Part shown: in pieces, positions 53,797-63,617 of the stretch
Layout of the letters: each line of letters begins with the position of its first letter
Position numbering within the stretch: position 1 is the first letter of the stretch
Source: Gemmatimonadota bacterium
GTDB taxonomy: Bacteria; Gemmatimonadota; Gemmatimonadetes; Palauibacterales; KS3-K002
Length of the DNA: 64,000 nucleotides
Direction of reading: 5' to 3'
NCBI GenBank assembly: GCA_036475815.1
Contig: JAZGAL010000070.1
Span: 11,470-75,469 of the forward strand
Notes under the pieces: model-generated
Told to the model about the DNA's origin: nothing
Databases searched by the model: none
What the model saw: only the letters and a program-made list of their open reading frames with translations
Translations under genes and position numbers: made by a program

Positions 53797-54672
53797 ATGA
53801 TGACGGTTTATCTGAACGGGCGATTTCTGGACCCGGCGGACGCGCTCATTCGGGCGGACGACCGTGGCTTTCTATACGGGGATGGCTTGTATGAGAGCAT
53901 TCGGATCTTTCGCGGCGGCTTCTTCCGGTTCCAGGAGCACTGGCAGCGACTGGCCCAGGGAGCGAAAGCTCTCAAGATCGAGGCTCCCGCTCTAGCACAC
54001 TTGCGAGAGATCGTTGGGCAAGTGGCCGCCATGAACTCCATCTCAGACGGCGCCGCGCGCGTGACCCTCACGCGAGGTCCCGGCGGCCAGGGTCTGCGCA
54101 CCGTCGGCTCGGGGCCGCCGACTCTGCTGGTGACGGTGCAGCCCCTCTCGCCGCGACGGATGGAGCGAGCGGCGGCAGGATTCACGGCGATCATCGCGCA
54201 GGCCAAGCGAAGCCCCGTTGGGTTGCCTTCCTCGATCAAGAGCGCGAACCGCCTGGATGCGATCATGGCGCGCCTGGAAGCGGACGCGGCCGGCGTCGAC
54301 GAGGCGATACTGCTGAGTGCCGATGATTACGTAGCCGAGGGCACGGTCTCGAACATCTTCTGGCGAAGCGGAGGTCAGCTGCACACGCCAGAGCTGTCGA
54401 TCGGCATCATGCCTGGAGTGACGCGAATGGCGGTCCTCGGGATTTGTGACGACCTCGGCATCGCAGTTCAGGAGGGCCGCTGGCCTCCGGAAGAGTTGCG
54501 GCGGGCTGCGGAGATATTCTTCACGATGAGCTCGTCCGGGCCGGTACGGGTCGTCGAGCTCGACTGCAGACCTGTGCCGGCTCCCGACGATGAGTTTTTT
54601 CCACGGATTCGCGAAGCATACTGGTCGATGGTCGAGCGAGAAGCCGCGGCGGACCCGGTAAAGAACGCCTGA
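53797..54672 (+). CDS. Class IV (fold type IV) aminotransferase: branched-chain/D-amino-acid aminotransferase or aminodeoxychorismate lyase-like
   Basis: DRGFLYGDGLYESIR, the catalytic region SIKSANRLD and EGTVSNIFW motifs. Confidence 0.85.
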   Translation: MMTVYLNGRFLDPADALIRADDRGFLYGDGLYESIRIFRGGFFRFQEHWQRLAQGAKALKIEAPALAHLREIVGQVAAMNSISDGAARVTLTRGPGGQGLRTVGSGPPTLLVTVQPLSPRRMERAAAGFTAIIAQAKRSPVGLPSSIKSANRLDAIMARLEADAAGVDEAILLSADDYVAEGTVSNIFWRSGGQLHTPELSIGIMPGVTRMAVLGICDDLGIAVQEGRWPPEELRRAAEIFFTMSSSGPVRVVELDCRPVPAPDDEFFPRIREAYWSMVEREAAADPVKNA

Positions 54673-54700
54673 GGTATGGCTCGCTCTGGAGTCGCGCTTG

Positions 54701-54729
54701 TTGAATTCGCTCCGAGCGCGGCCTATCTT
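54701..54729 (+). promoter_or_regulatory. Weak candidate sigma70-type promoter upstream of the decamer repeat array
   Basis: TTGAAT (54701-06), 17-nt spacer, TATCTT (54724-29). If used, the repeat array would be transcribed as part of a ~260-nt ytxH leader. Confidence 0.3.
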
Positions 54730-54770
54730 TAAGTTGGAACCGCGGTAATTCCGGCCCCTGCCAACGCTTC

Positions 54771-54834
54771 CTGAGGTCTCTAGAGATCTCTGGAGGTTTC
54801 TGGAGGTCTCTAGAAGTCTCTAGAAGTCTCTAGA
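54771..54834. repeat. Decanucleotide tandem repeat, 6.4 copies (consensus TAGARGTCTC / TGGAGGTYTC)
   Basis: Read directly: ctgaggtctc tagagatctc tggaggtttc tggaggtctc tagaagtctc tagaagtctc taga. It lies in the 326-bp gap before ytxH. Confidence 0.95.
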
Positions 54835-54998
54835 TGACCCGGCGGGGCGCATCTCGTCGTTCGTGGTGAAGAAGCGTCTGGGGACGCGTTGGCTCGGGCT
54901 CTTTCCAGCGAAGGACGCGAAGAGAAGGTGGTAGAAGTCGCCGAAGTGCACGAAACCTTTCGTGGTCGCACGAACGCGGGATTTGAAAGGATAGGAAG

Positions 54999-55415
54999 AT
55001 GCGCAACTACGATGACGATGGCGTTCCCTACGTCGTGATTGAGCGGTCGGGCTCTGGGATGGTCCCCTTCGTTTGGGGCGCTTTGCTCGGCGCTGCCGCG
55101 GCGTTGTTGCTGGCTCCCAAGTCCGGGGCCGAGACCCAGCGGGAGCTCAAGGAAAAAGCCCGACGTCTTCGCGAGAGGGCTGAGGAGAAGGCTGAGGAGC
55201 TCCAGGGCACGCTCCAGGAAGCGCTCTCCCAGGGGCGGAAGCAGGTCGAGGAGAGGTACGGCACCGCCAAACGGGCGATGGCGGAAGGCCGCGAGCGGGC
55301 CCAGCAGGCAGTCGAGGCGGGCCGCAAGGCAGCCCGGGTTGCACGCACCGAGTTGGAGGATCAGATCGCGGAGGCGCGCGGCTCCGACGACAAAGGTGCC
55401 AGTGCCGCCGACTGA
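54999..55415 (+). CDS. YtxH-domain general-stress-type protein
   Basis: N-terminal TM FVWGALLGAAAALLLAPKSGAETQRELKEKA followed by a charged helical repeat region. Confidence 0.8.
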   Translation: MRNYDDDGVPYVVIERSGSGMVPFVWGALLGAAAALLLAPKSGAETQRELKEKARRLRERAEEKAEELQGTLQEALSQGRKQVEERYGTAKRAMAEGRERAQQAVEAGRKAARVARTELEDQIAEARGSDDKGASAAD

Positions 55416-55457
55416 TGAGCCTGGCCGCTGGCTGAACAAGAGTTCCCAAACAGCGCT

Positions 55458-56432
55458 TTGCAAGCGCGCGACTCCGCCGGGTCGCGCTCCCGGTTTCATG
55501 ACTGGTTGAGGGCGGCCTGGCGGCTTGTGGTCGCTTCTTGGGCGACGCTCAAGGACTACTTCGTACGAGTCTTCGAGAAGGCTGACGACGACAATATCTT
55601 TGTTCTCGCCAGCGGCCTGACCTTCAGCGGGCTTGTCGCTGCCGTTCCCTTCCTGCTCATCATTGTATCGCTGATCAGCCTGACGCTGCAAGCGGCGGCG
55701 GAGTCGGCGGGCCTGGAGCCGGTCGAACAGTTTCGAGCCTATCTCGACGCGATAGTCCCCGTGCTGGGTGAGGGTGCCGGGGCCTCAACGGAGCGGAGCC
55801 TGCCCGAGGTGGTTATCGACGAGGCTGTGAGACAGGGCCAGACGATCGGGCTCATTAGCTTCGCAGCGTTTGTCTGGCTCTCCACCCGGCTGTTCGGCGC
55901 GGTCAGGGCAGTGCTGAGGGACGTGTTCGACGTTCGTCAGAGCCGTGGCTTGATCCAGGGGAAAATATTCGACGCGCAGATGGTCCTGGTGTCCAGCGTC
56001 CTGGTCATCCTGAACATCGGGATCACCATCGCCATGAACGTCGCGAAGGCGCGGGGGTTCGTGTTCTTGGGACTGTCCGAGCAGCACATCGGCATCCTGG
56101 AACGACTCTACGCCCAGATCACGGCCTTCGCGTTCATCTTCCTCCTCTTCCTGCTTCTCTATAAGTATGTCCCGGCACGCCGGGTGCCCTGGCGTATGGC
56201 GATCACGGCTGCAACGTTCACCGCGGTCTGCTGGGAGATCCTGAAGTTGGGTTTCGCTTTCTATCTCACCCGGATCGCAGACTACACTTCCGTCTACGGG
56301 GGGATCGCGACGCTCGTCGTCGTAGTGGTCTGGCTCTACGACCTGGCGATAGTCTTCGTACTCGGTGCCGAGGTGGCACAGGTTCACGAGATGCGGCGCG
56401 TGCGGGCTCAGCAGATGGAAGTATTGGAGTGA
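55458..56432 (+). CDS. YihY/BrkB-family membrane protein
   Basis: LASGLTFSGLVAAVPFLL signature, six predicted TM segments and C-terminal LVVVVVWLYDLAIVFVLGAEV; TTG start. Confidence 0.85.
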   Translation: MQARDSAGSRSRFHDWLRAAWRLVVASWATLKDYFVRVFEKADDDNIFVLASGLTFSGLVAAVPFLLIIVSLISLTLQAAAESAGLEPVEQFRAYLDAIVPVLGEGAGASTERSLPEVVIDEAVRQGQTIGLISFAAFVWLSTRLFGAVRAVLRDVFDVRQSRGLIQGKIFDAQMVLVSSVLVILNIGITIAMNVAKARGFVFLGLSEQHIGILERLYAQITAFAFIFLLFLLLYKYVPARRVPWRMAITAATFTAVCWEILKLGFAFYLTRIADYTSVYGGIATLVVVVVWLYDLAIVFVLGAEVAQVHEMRRVRAQQMEVLE

Positions 56433-56504
56433 GCTTCACTTGCGCGTGTGCGCCTCAAGTGTCATAATAAGGGCACCCCTGGAAGTCCTCCGGCCGTAAT
56501 TCCC

Positions 56505-56966
56505 ATGTCCAAAGATACCCTGAGGAAGGTCGTCGCACGGAATCGAAAAGCACTCCACGAGTATCAGATCCTGGAGTCATGGGAGGCGGGATTGGTGCTC
56601 AAAGGCAGTGAGGTCAAGTCGCTTCGCGAGGGAAACGCCAGCCTGTCCGATGCGTTCGCTCGGGTGGAGCACGGGGAGGTTTGGCTTTACAACATGCATA
56701 TCGGGCCCTACGGGCCTGCCGGAGCCGATGCCCACGCGTTCAAGCGGCGCCGCAAGCTGTTGCTCCATCGGCAGGAGATCCGGCGCCTCATTGGGAAGGT
56801 GGAGCAGGCCGGACTCACACTTGTTCCACTTGAGATCTACTTCAGTGAGGGCGTTGCGAAACTGAAGCTTGCCCTGGCGCGAGGGAAAAGGCATCGAGAC
56901 CGGAGAGAGGATATCAAGCAGCGTGAGGCGGAGCGGGAGATGGCACGTGCACGCAAGAATCGCTAG
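56505..56966 (+). CDS. smpB: SsrA-binding protein
   Basis: VARNRKALHEYQILESWEAGLVLKGSEVKSLREG...LHRQEI... I prefer ATG 56505 over the track start at 56448. Confidence 0.95.
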   Translation: MSKDTLRKVVARNRKALHEYQILESWEAGLVLKGSEVKSLREGNASLSDAFARVEHGEVWLYNMHIGPYGPAGADAHAFKRRRKLLLHRQEIRRLIGKVEQAGLTLVPLEIYFSEGVAKLKLALARGKRHRDRREDIKQREAEREMARARKNR

Positions 56967-58104
56967 CAGCGCACTGCTGGTTCTGCTGATGGCCGCGCTG
57001 GGCATGGCCCCACGGTCGGCCGGAGTCCTGGTGGTGGTCAAGAACGGATCGGAGCGCTCCGTCCCCGTGGAAGAGCGCCGCGGTTACCCTGCCGCCCGTG
57101 CTACGGCTCTGGCGGAAGCGCTCGGCTATGCCTGGGCCGGCGGTGTCATGCAGATGGACGGCGAGCGGGCTCACTTCACCCCGGGCTCGCCCTTCTTCAC
57201 CGTAGGCGGCGAGACCTTTCAGCTGCCCAATCCGGTCTATCGCGACGGTGCTCACGTGATGGTCCCCGTCAGCTGGGCTCTGGAGTGGCTGCCGAGCGTG
57301 CGGTCGCGGCAGTGGCGGTACCTGGACGGACGTCTGGTGGAACGCCCGAGAGCCACCCTGCGACCTCCGGAGCGCGAAGCGTGGCTGGTGGTGGTCGACG
57401 CGGGGCACGGCGGTCCAGATCCGGGCACCATTGGGGTGCGCGGCACCAGGGAAAAGGACATCACGCTGTCGATCGCCAAGCAGTTAGCGAAGCGCCTCGA
57501 CCGCCAACCGAACGTCCGGGTCGTCCTGACCCGCGATCGTGACACGCTCATCGCCTTCGCCGATAGACCACGGATGCCCCAGTTGTCGGGGATCGAGCAA
57601 TCGCCCGACCTTTTCGTGTCGATCCACGCCAATTCGATGCCGAAGAAGCCGAGTTCGATTCGCGGCGTAGAGACGTATTTCCTCGCCGTCGCAAAGACGG
57701 AGCAGGCGCGCCAGGTGGCGGAGCGAGAGAACGCGTCAATCCATTTCGAGGATGATGTTCGCCCGGAAGACCTCGAGCCCTTACAATTCATACTCGCCGA
57801 CCTGGAATCGACCGGGAACCTGCAGGAATCGAGGCTTTTCGCGTCGTCGATCGATCGGAGCATGAAAGCAGCCCTGGAAACGCCTAGCCGCGGAGTGAAG
57901 CAGGCGGGCTTTCTGGTTCTTATTGGCGCGGCTATGCCCGCTGTGCTTGTCGAGGTTGGGTACCTATCCAACAAGGACGAGGAAAAGCTGTTGCGGTCGT
58001 CCTCCTATCAAGCCAAGATAGCAGATGCGTTGGCCGATGCGGTGGTTAACTACCTGGCGGAGTATGGCCGGCGGGTCTGGTATTCATACGGTTCCGGCGG
58101 ATAG
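56947..58104 (+). CDS. N-acetylmuramoyl-L-alanine amidase (AmiC-type, Amidase_3)
   Basis: Signal peptide SSALLVLLMAALG. VVVDAGHGGPDPGTIG, VSIHANS and LVEVGYLSN motifs. Start uncertain (GTG 56947 proposed; the track start at 56869 would overlap smpB by ~100 nt). Confidence 0.85.
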   Translation: MHARIASSALLVLLMAALGMAPRSAGVLVVVKNGSERSVPVEERRGYPAARATALAEALGYAWAGGVMQMDGERAHFTPGSPFFTVGGETFQLPNPVYRDGAHVMVPVSWALEWLPSVRSRQWRYLDGRLVERPRATLRPPEREAWLVVVDAGHGGPDPGTIGVRGTREKDITLSIAKQLAKRLDRQPNVRVVLTRDRDTLIAFADRPRMPQLSGIEQSPDLFVSIHANSMPKKPSSIRGVETYFLAVAKTEQARQVAERENASIHFEDDVRPEDLEPLQFILADLESTGNLQESRLFASSIDRSMKAALETPSRGVKQAGFLVLIGAAMPAVLVEVGYLSNKDEEKLLRSSSYQAKIADALADAVVNYLAEYGRRVWYSYGSGG

Positions 58105-59566
58105 GGCCTCGGGTCTACCGCTCACGCGACTCCAAGCGCTCGTCTTAGTAGCCGTCCTGGCGGCGTCGTCGGGATGCGTCTACTTCAACGCGCTCTACAA
58201 CGCCAACAAGATCTTCGACCAGGGTGTCAAGGAGTTCGAGGAAGGCCGCGACTCCAACGGCCGCATTCTGCTCGAGGAGAGCATCGAGAAGGCGGAGCGC
58301 ATCGTCGCGACCAAGCCCAACAGCCGCTGGGCCGACGATGCTCTGCTCCTCATAGTCCGCGCTCGCCTCCTGCGTGAGGACTGGGCCCAGGCCGCCGAGG
58401 CGAGTCGACAGCTCCTCGGATACGCCAAGACTCGGGCGGACAGTGCCAGAGCGGCGGGATACCTGGGTGAGGCGGAGCTCAACCTCGGCGAACCTCAGCT
58501 TGCCGATTCCCTCCTGACGGTGGCTCTCTCGGTAGAGAAGAACGAGACGAGGCGGGCGGAGCTGCTTGCGTATCGGGGAAGTGCCCGCGTGGAGCTGGGC
58601 TATCTGGAGGCGGCCGATGAGGACCTCCGGGTTGTATCCGAGTTGAAGCCCGACTGGGTTCCACCGCGGATCGACCATGTAAGGCTAAGGCTGCTGATTG
58701 ACGATGGCCAGGGCGCCGAGGCGGCCACCGAGTACGCCGTGCTTCTCACACTGCCGCTCAAAGACCGCGAGGAAAGACAGGTTGTCGACCTGGCCTCGTA
58801 CATGGCGGAACGGGATCCGGCGATCACGATTGACGCGCTCGCGGAAGTACAATCGTCGACCGTATTGCCGAGCAACAGGGCTAAACTGTTGAAGCTGCGG
58901 GGGGACCTCAAGATCGCCCTCGGCGACTACTCCGGCGGCCGTGCCGATTACTTCCTCACGGCGGCGCTGGTCCCCGACTCTCGCGGTGCAGCCGAAGCCA
59001 GGTTGACGCTCGTACGAATGGATTTGCGGAACGTTTCCACCATCGAAGGCTTCGATAGCCTTACGGCAGTGCTCGCACGGGTCGCAGCAGAACCGTCGGG
59101 CCGTAGAAGTGCGGACGTGCGGGACCTCGATGAAACCTTCATCCGCTTGCAGTACTGGCTGTCAACGGGCGGCCTCGGCTACCTGTTGGCTGCCGAGACG
59201 GCGCGGGACGAACTCGAGGCACCGAGCTTGGCGCGCCGTCTTTTCCTCGAGTACGCTGACTCGCAGCCGCAGGCGCTCTGGGCTCCTAAGGCGATTCTGG
59301 CGGCGCTCGATCTCACGGGCGTAGATTCCGGCGACCCGGGAGAAGGGTTTCCCGCCGAGCCAAGCGCGGCGGAGCTACGCCGGCGCTTGCTCGAGGACTA
59401 CCAGGATTCTGGGTACGTCCAGGCTCTCTTCGGAGAAGAGGGCGGCCGTTTTACGTTCGAGGAACTCGAGCAGGGATTGCAGCGGCAACTGGAGCGACTG
59501 CAGAAGCTGGCGGATCAGGAAGTACGCAACCGGCGCTCCGGGGCGACCCAGCAGACGGGTGGATGA
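58064..59566 (+). CDS. TPR-repeat lipoprotein-like hypothetical protein
   Basis: ALVLVAVLAASSGC signal/lipobox-like sequence followed by helical repeats. Start uncertain (ATG 58064 overlaps the amidase 3' end). Confidence 0.6.
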   Translation: MAGGSGIHTVPADRASGLPLTRLQALVLVAVLAASSGCVYFNALYNANKIFDQGVKEFEEGRDSNGRILLEESIEKAERIVATKPNSRWADDALLLIVRARLLREDWAQAAEASRQLLGYAKTRADSARAAGYLGEAELNLGEPQLADSLLTVALSVEKNETRRAELLAYRGSARVELGYLEAADEDLRVVSELKPDWVPPRIDHVRLRLLIDDGQGAEAATEYAVLLTLPLKDREERQVVDLASYMAERDPAITIDALAEVQSSTVLPSNRAKLLKLRGDLKIALGDYSGGRADYFLTAALVPDSRGAAEARLTLVRMDLRNVSTIEGFDSLTAVLARVAAEPSGRRSADVRDLDETFIRLQYWLSTGGLGYLLAAETARDELEAPSLARRLFLEYADSQPQALWAPKAILAALDLTGVDSGDPGEGFPAEPSAAELRRRLLEDYQDSGYVQALFGEEGGRFTFEELEQGLQRQLERLQKLADQEVRNRRSGATQQTGG

Positions 59567-59633
59567 ACGAGAGCCGAGGCACGGGACGTGAGGATGTCGG
59601 CAGAATGGACCGGACGGGGGGTGGCGGCGTAGA

Positions 59634-60434
59634 GTGAAGCGAGCACATAAGATCGTCCGCGCCTGGTGCGAGGTGGTGGAGCGGGAGCAGGTGGCGGAGC
59701 AGACGTTCTGGCTGGAGCTGGCGGCGCCGGAGATAGCGGCACAAGCGGCGCCGGGGCAGTTCGTCATGATGGGGTTCGGCGCGACGAGTTGGGGCAGCCC
59801 GTTCCTGCCCCGCCCGAACAGCGTGGCCGGGGTGCGCGGCGATCAGATCGGACTCCTCATACGCGTCTACGGCGAGGGATCGCGCCGGTTGGCGGCGCTC
59901 CGTTGCGGCGACTCGGTCCTGGTTCTGGGCCCCCTGGGGAGCCATTTCGATATCAGCGATGCGCGAAAGGTCCTCTGCGTGGCCGGTGGAGTGGGGCTGG
60001 CCCCCTTCCTGCTCCTGCCCACCTGGCTGGAAAAGGCCGGGCTGCCTGTCGAGGTACGTCTGCTGTATGGCGAGCGGTACGGCAAGGCCGTCTTCAACCC
60101 GGAGAAGATCCTGGAGCTATCCGGTCTCGATGCCGACGTATGGACGGAGGATGGTAGCGCCGGCAGACAGGGGCTGGTGACGGAAGGGCTCGACCTGGAC
60201 GAGGTAGACCTGGTCCTGGCCTGTGGTCCCACCCCGATGCTGAAGGCGGTCCACAGGCGGTCCATCGACGCCGGTATGGCCTGTCAGCTGGCTGTAGAGG
60301 AGCACATGGCTTGCGGCATGGGAACTTGCATCGGCTGCGTCATAGAAACCGTCGATCCGGACACCGGTTTGGAAGGCTACAGCTTGGTTTGCACTGAAGG
60401 ACCCGTCTTCCCTGCGGAGCGCTTGAGATGGTAG
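59634..60434 (+). CDS. pyrK: Dihydroorotate dehydrogenase B electron-transfer subunit
   Basis: FAD/NAD-binding fold and C-terminal 2Fe-2S motif CGMGTCIGC...C; GTG start. Confidence 0.9.
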   Translation: MKRAHKIVRAWCEVVEREQVAEQTFWLELAAPEIAAQAAPGQFVMMGFGATSWGSPFLPRPNSVAGVRGDQIGLLIRVYGEGSRRLAALRCGDSVLVLGPLGSHFDISDARKVLCVAGGVGLAPFLLLPTWLEKAGLPVEVRLLYGERYGKAVFNPEKILELSGLDADVWTEDGSAGRQGLVTEGLDLDEVDLVLACGPTPMLKAVHRRSIDAGMACQLAVEEHMACGMGTCIGCVIETVDPDTGLEGYSLVCTEGPVFPAERLRW

Positions 60435-61342
60435 ACCTGAGGATGGAGGTCTTCGGTGTCACGTTTCAGAATCCCGTTCTTCTCGCTTCCGGGACGTGCG
60501 GCTACGGCGAAGAGTACGCCGATATCATTCCGGTGGACGGGCTCGGCGGGATCGTGACGAAAGCGGTGACGCCCGAGCCGCGGGCCGGCAACCCGCCGAC
60601 GCGCGTCTCCGAGACGCCGGGTGGTATGATCAATGCCATCGGGCTGGCGAATGTAGGGCTCGAGGGCTTCAAGCGGGACAAGTTGCCCTGGCTTCGAGAG
60701 AACCTCGTGAACGCTCGTGTTCTGGTGAACGTGGCGGGGTGGAGCGTGGACGACTTCGTGATGGTCGTCAGCGGGCTGGACGATGAAGACGGCTTTCTGG
60801 GCTACGAGATCGATGTCTCGTGCCCGAACGTGGAAGGTGGCACGCTGTTCGCCACAGACGAGGTTTCGCTGGCCCGGCTCGTCCGCGCTCTGCGCGCGGC
60901 GACGCAGCGACCTCTCATCATCAAACTCGCACCCAACGTCCCCGACATCGGCGTCTTTGCGGAGATCTGCGAGGAGAACGGAGCCGATGGGGTGAGCACC
61001 ATCAATACCTTTCCCGGCATGGTGATCGATGTGGAGGCGCGCCGGCCGGTCATCGGGAACGTCACCGGTGGGATAAGCGGGCCGGCCATACGGCCCATGG
61101 GGGTCTACGCGACCTGGATCGCTGCCGGCCGGACAGGGTTGCCGGTGATTGGTATCGGGGGTATCGGTAGCGCTCACGATGCTCTCGAGTACATGCTCGC
61201 CGGCGCATCACTGGTGCAAATCGGCACCGCCATGTTTGTCGATCCGTATACAGCGACCGAAACGATAGAGCGGCTTCGCGAGATCTGCGAACGGCAAGGA
61301 GTCAGCAGATTGTCGGAATTGGTCGGAGCCCTAAAGGTCTGA
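60428..61342 (+). CDS. pyrD: Dihydroorotate dehydrogenase, class 1B catalytic subunit
   Basis: FQNPVLLASGTCGYGEE, NAIGLAN, DVSCPNV and IGIGGI motifs. Confidence 0.95.
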   Translation: MVDLRMEVFGVTFQNPVLLASGTCGYGEEYADIIPVDGLGGIVTKAVTPEPRAGNPPTRVSETPGGMINAIGLANVGLEGFKRDKLPWLRENLVNARVLVNVAGWSVDDFVMVVSGLDDEDGFLGYEIDVSCPNVEGGTLFATDEVSLARLVRALRAATQRPLIIKLAPNVPDIGVFAEICEENGADGVSTINTFPGMVIDVEARRPVIGNVTGGISGPAIRPMGVYATWIAAGRTGLPVIGIGGIGSAHDALEYMLAGASLVQIGTAMFVDPYTATETIERLREICERQGVSRLSELVGALKV

Positions 61343-62064
61343 TGCCTGACTCGCCCAACGACCGAATAATCGTCGCCCTGGACTTTCCGACCCGAAAAGC
61401 CGCCTTCGAGTTGGTTGACGCGCTGGGGGACGCGGCGAACTTCTTCAAGGTAGGTGCCCAGCTCTTTACTGAGGAGGGTCCGATCCTTCTCGAGGAGCTG
61501 GGGAAACGGGGCAAGCTCGTCTTTCTCGACCTGAAGTTCCATGATATCCCCAGCACCGTTGCCGGGGCTGTAAGGGCCGCCAGCCGTCACGGCGCTCACA
61601 TGTTGACGGTTCACGCGGCAGGAGGCGAGGCGATGCTCGTCGCCGCGCGTGAAGCCGCGGGAGAGGGCGGGCCGGAGGTGATCGCGGTCACGCTCCTCAC
61701 ATCGCTGGCATCGGAGGATGTGGAACATGTCTTTGGGCGCTCTCCCGTCTCACTCGTGGACGAAGTCGTGCGCCTCGCCGGGCTCGCGGTGAACGCGGGG
61801 CTCCCGGGTGTTGTCGCGTCGCCAACCGAGGTGAAATCGATACGAAGGACCTACGGCGAGGCCCTGAAGGTGGTCACACCCGGAATCAGGCTTGTGGGCG
61901 ATGATCCGGCGGACCAGAGCCGGTACGCTACGCCGGAGGATGCCGCGCGGGCCGGCGCTGATTACATCGTGGTCGGCCGCTCGGTCACCGCCGCGAAAGA
62001 TCCGGTGCGCGCCTTCGAGGCGGTGACGAAGTCGTTCGCGGCCCCCGGCACTGGAGGAGCTTGA
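61342..62064 (+). CDS. pyrF: Orotidine-5'-phosphate decarboxylase
   Basis: IVALDF, FFKVG, FLDLKFHDIP and VVGRS motifs; 1-nt overlap (TGATG) with pyrD. Confidence 0.95.
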   Translation: MPDSPNDRIIVALDFPTRKAAFELVDALGDAANFFKVGAQLFTEEGPILLEELGKRGKLVFLDLKFHDIPSTVAGAVRAASRHGAHMLTVHAAGGEAMLVAAREAAGEGGPEVIAVTLLTSLASEDVEHVFGRSPVSLVDEVVRLAGLAVNAGLPGVVASPTEVKSIRRTYGEALKVVTPGIRLVGDDPADQSRYATPEDAARAGADYIVVGRSVTAAKDPVRAFEAVTKSFAAPGTGGA

Positions 62065-62125
62065 CCGCCTGTAACCGCACGGATAGGCTTGGTTGCTGGA
62101 GATGACCCGGCAACAAGGCGTTTCA

Positions 62126-63574
62126 ATGGCACTCCGACTCTATAACACCCTCACACGTCGTCTGGAGGAGTTTCGCCCGCTTGAGGAGGGGCGGGTCACC
62201 ATGTACACGTGTGGGCCCACCGTGTACGACCGGGCTCACATTGGGAATTTCCGTACGTTCCTGGCCGAGGATATTCTGCGCCGCTACCTGGAATGGAAGG
62301 GCTACGAGGTCGTCCAGGTCAGAAACCTTACGGACGTGGACGACCGGACGATACACGCGGCCGTCGAGGCCGGCGTCAGTCTTCGCGAGCTCACAGAGCC
62401 CTTCACAAAAGCGTTCTTCGAGGACCACGATCGTCTGGGGCTCGAGCGGGCTGAGCACTACCCGCGAGCCACCGACTATGTGCCGCAGATGATCGAGCTG
62501 GTCGAGAGGCTCGTGGATCGGGGGCTCGCCTATGAGGCGGACGGCTCCGTCTACTTCGATATTTCGGAATTCCCGGGCTACGGCGAACTCGCTCAGCTCG
62601 AGTCGATGTCACTCAGGGAAGGTGAGCGGGCCTCGGGTGATGAGGCGTATGACAAGGAGGACGCACGAGACTTCGTGCTCTGGAAGGGCGGCGAGCGACC
62701 GGAAGAGGGCGATGTGGCGGTGTGGGACTCACCCTGGGGGGCCGGGCGCCCCGGCTGGCACCTGGAATGCTCGGTCATGGCCATGACGCGGCTCGGCCTG
62801 CCGATCGACATTCATTCCGGCGGAGTGGACCTCGTCTTTCCACACCACACGAACGAGAGAGCCCAGGCGGAGGGGGCGACGGGGAAGCCTTTCGCCCGTT
62901 ACTGGCTCCACGCCAGGCACCTCCTCGTCGACGGGCGCAAGATGGCGAAATCCGAGGGCAACTTCTTCACGCTGGACGAGCTCATCGAGCGTGGCTACCG
63001 ACCGTCAGCCATCCGACGTCTGCTCGTATCGGGCCACTACCGTGCCGAGCTGAATTTCACCCTGGCCGGCCTCGACGATTCTGCCCGTTCGGTCGAGCGC
63101 CTCATGGATTTTCGCCGGCGCGTCGAATCCAGCCGGGTGGAGGACGGCGAGGTGGCCTTCACACGTCTGGCCGAACTCGCGGCGCAGGCGTTGCGGGCCT
63201 TCGAGGAGGCGCTGGACGACGACCTCAATGTCGCCGAGGCCTGGGGAGCGCTGTTCGTGCTGGTACGGGAGGTGAACGCCGAGCTGGACCGCGCCGAGCA
63301 GCGCGTCTCGGTGGCGGAAGCCGACGCTGTTCTCGAGGCCCTCGCCTCGATGGATAGGGTTCTGGGCACCCTCTCTTTGGCGGAGCGGGAAGCCGGGACG
63401 GTGTCGGAGGAGCAGCGGCGCTGGATCGAGGAGCAGCTGGCGGAGCGGGCGGCGGCCCGGGTCGCCGGGGATTACGCCCGCGCCGACGAGATACGCGCCG
63501 CGCTGGCCGGGGCGGGAGTGGAAGTGGAGGACACCGCGTCGGGAAGCCGCTGGAAACTGGCCAGGCGAGGTTGA
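62126..63574 (+). CDS. cysS: Cysteine--tRNA ligase
   Basis: MALRLYNTLTR..., HIGNFRT (HIGH), WHLECS zinc site and KMAKSEGN (KMSKS). I prefer ATG 62126 over the track start at 62093. Confidence 0.95.
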   Translation: MALRLYNTLTRRLEEFRPLEEGRVTMYTCGPTVYDRAHIGNFRTFLAEDILRRYLEWKGYEVVQVRNLTDVDDRTIHAAVEAGVSLRELTEPFTKAFFEDHDRLGLERAEHYPRATDYVPQMIELVERLVDRGLAYEADGSVYFDISEFPGYGELAQLESMSLREGERASGDEAYDKEDARDFVLWKGGERPEEGDVAVWDSPWGAGRPGWHLECSVMAMTRLGLPIDIHSGGVDLVFPHHTNERAQAEGATGKPFARYWLHARHLLVDGRKMAKSEGNFFTLDELIERGYRPSAIRRLLVSGHYRAELNFTLAGLDDSARSVERLMDFRRRVESSRVEDGEVAFTRLAELAAQALRAFEEALDDDLNVAEAWGALFVLVREVNAELDRAEQRVSVAEADAVLEALASMDRVLGTLSLAEREAGTVSEEQRRWIEEQLAERAAARVAGDYARADEIRAALAGAGVEVEDTASGSRWKLARRG

Positions 63575-63599
63575 CACCCTTTCACATGTAATCTATAAT
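63571..63599 (+). promoter_or_regulatory. Perfect-consensus sigma70 promoter for the tRNA operon
   Basis: TTGACA (63571-76, overlapping the cysS stop), exactly 17 nt, TATAAT (63594-99). tRNA-Thr starts 19 nt downstream. Confidence 0.7.
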
Positions 63600-63617
63600 T
63601 GTCAGCTTACTGAATTT

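Noticed and set aside
54771-54834. Whether the tandem repeat loci (661-690, 14083-14192, 54771-54834) could be CRISPR arrays
   Set aside because: Units are 5-10 bp and directly abutting with no spacers, and no cas genes are present. They are microsatellite/minisatellite-type repeats, not CRISPRs.
54673-56504. tmRNA (ssrA) near smpB
   Set aside because: I looked in the gaps flanking ytxH, yihY and smpB for a tRNA-like 3' end (GGTTCGAATCC...CCACCA-type T arm/acceptor) and a tag reading frame. None was found, so ssrA must lie elsewhere.
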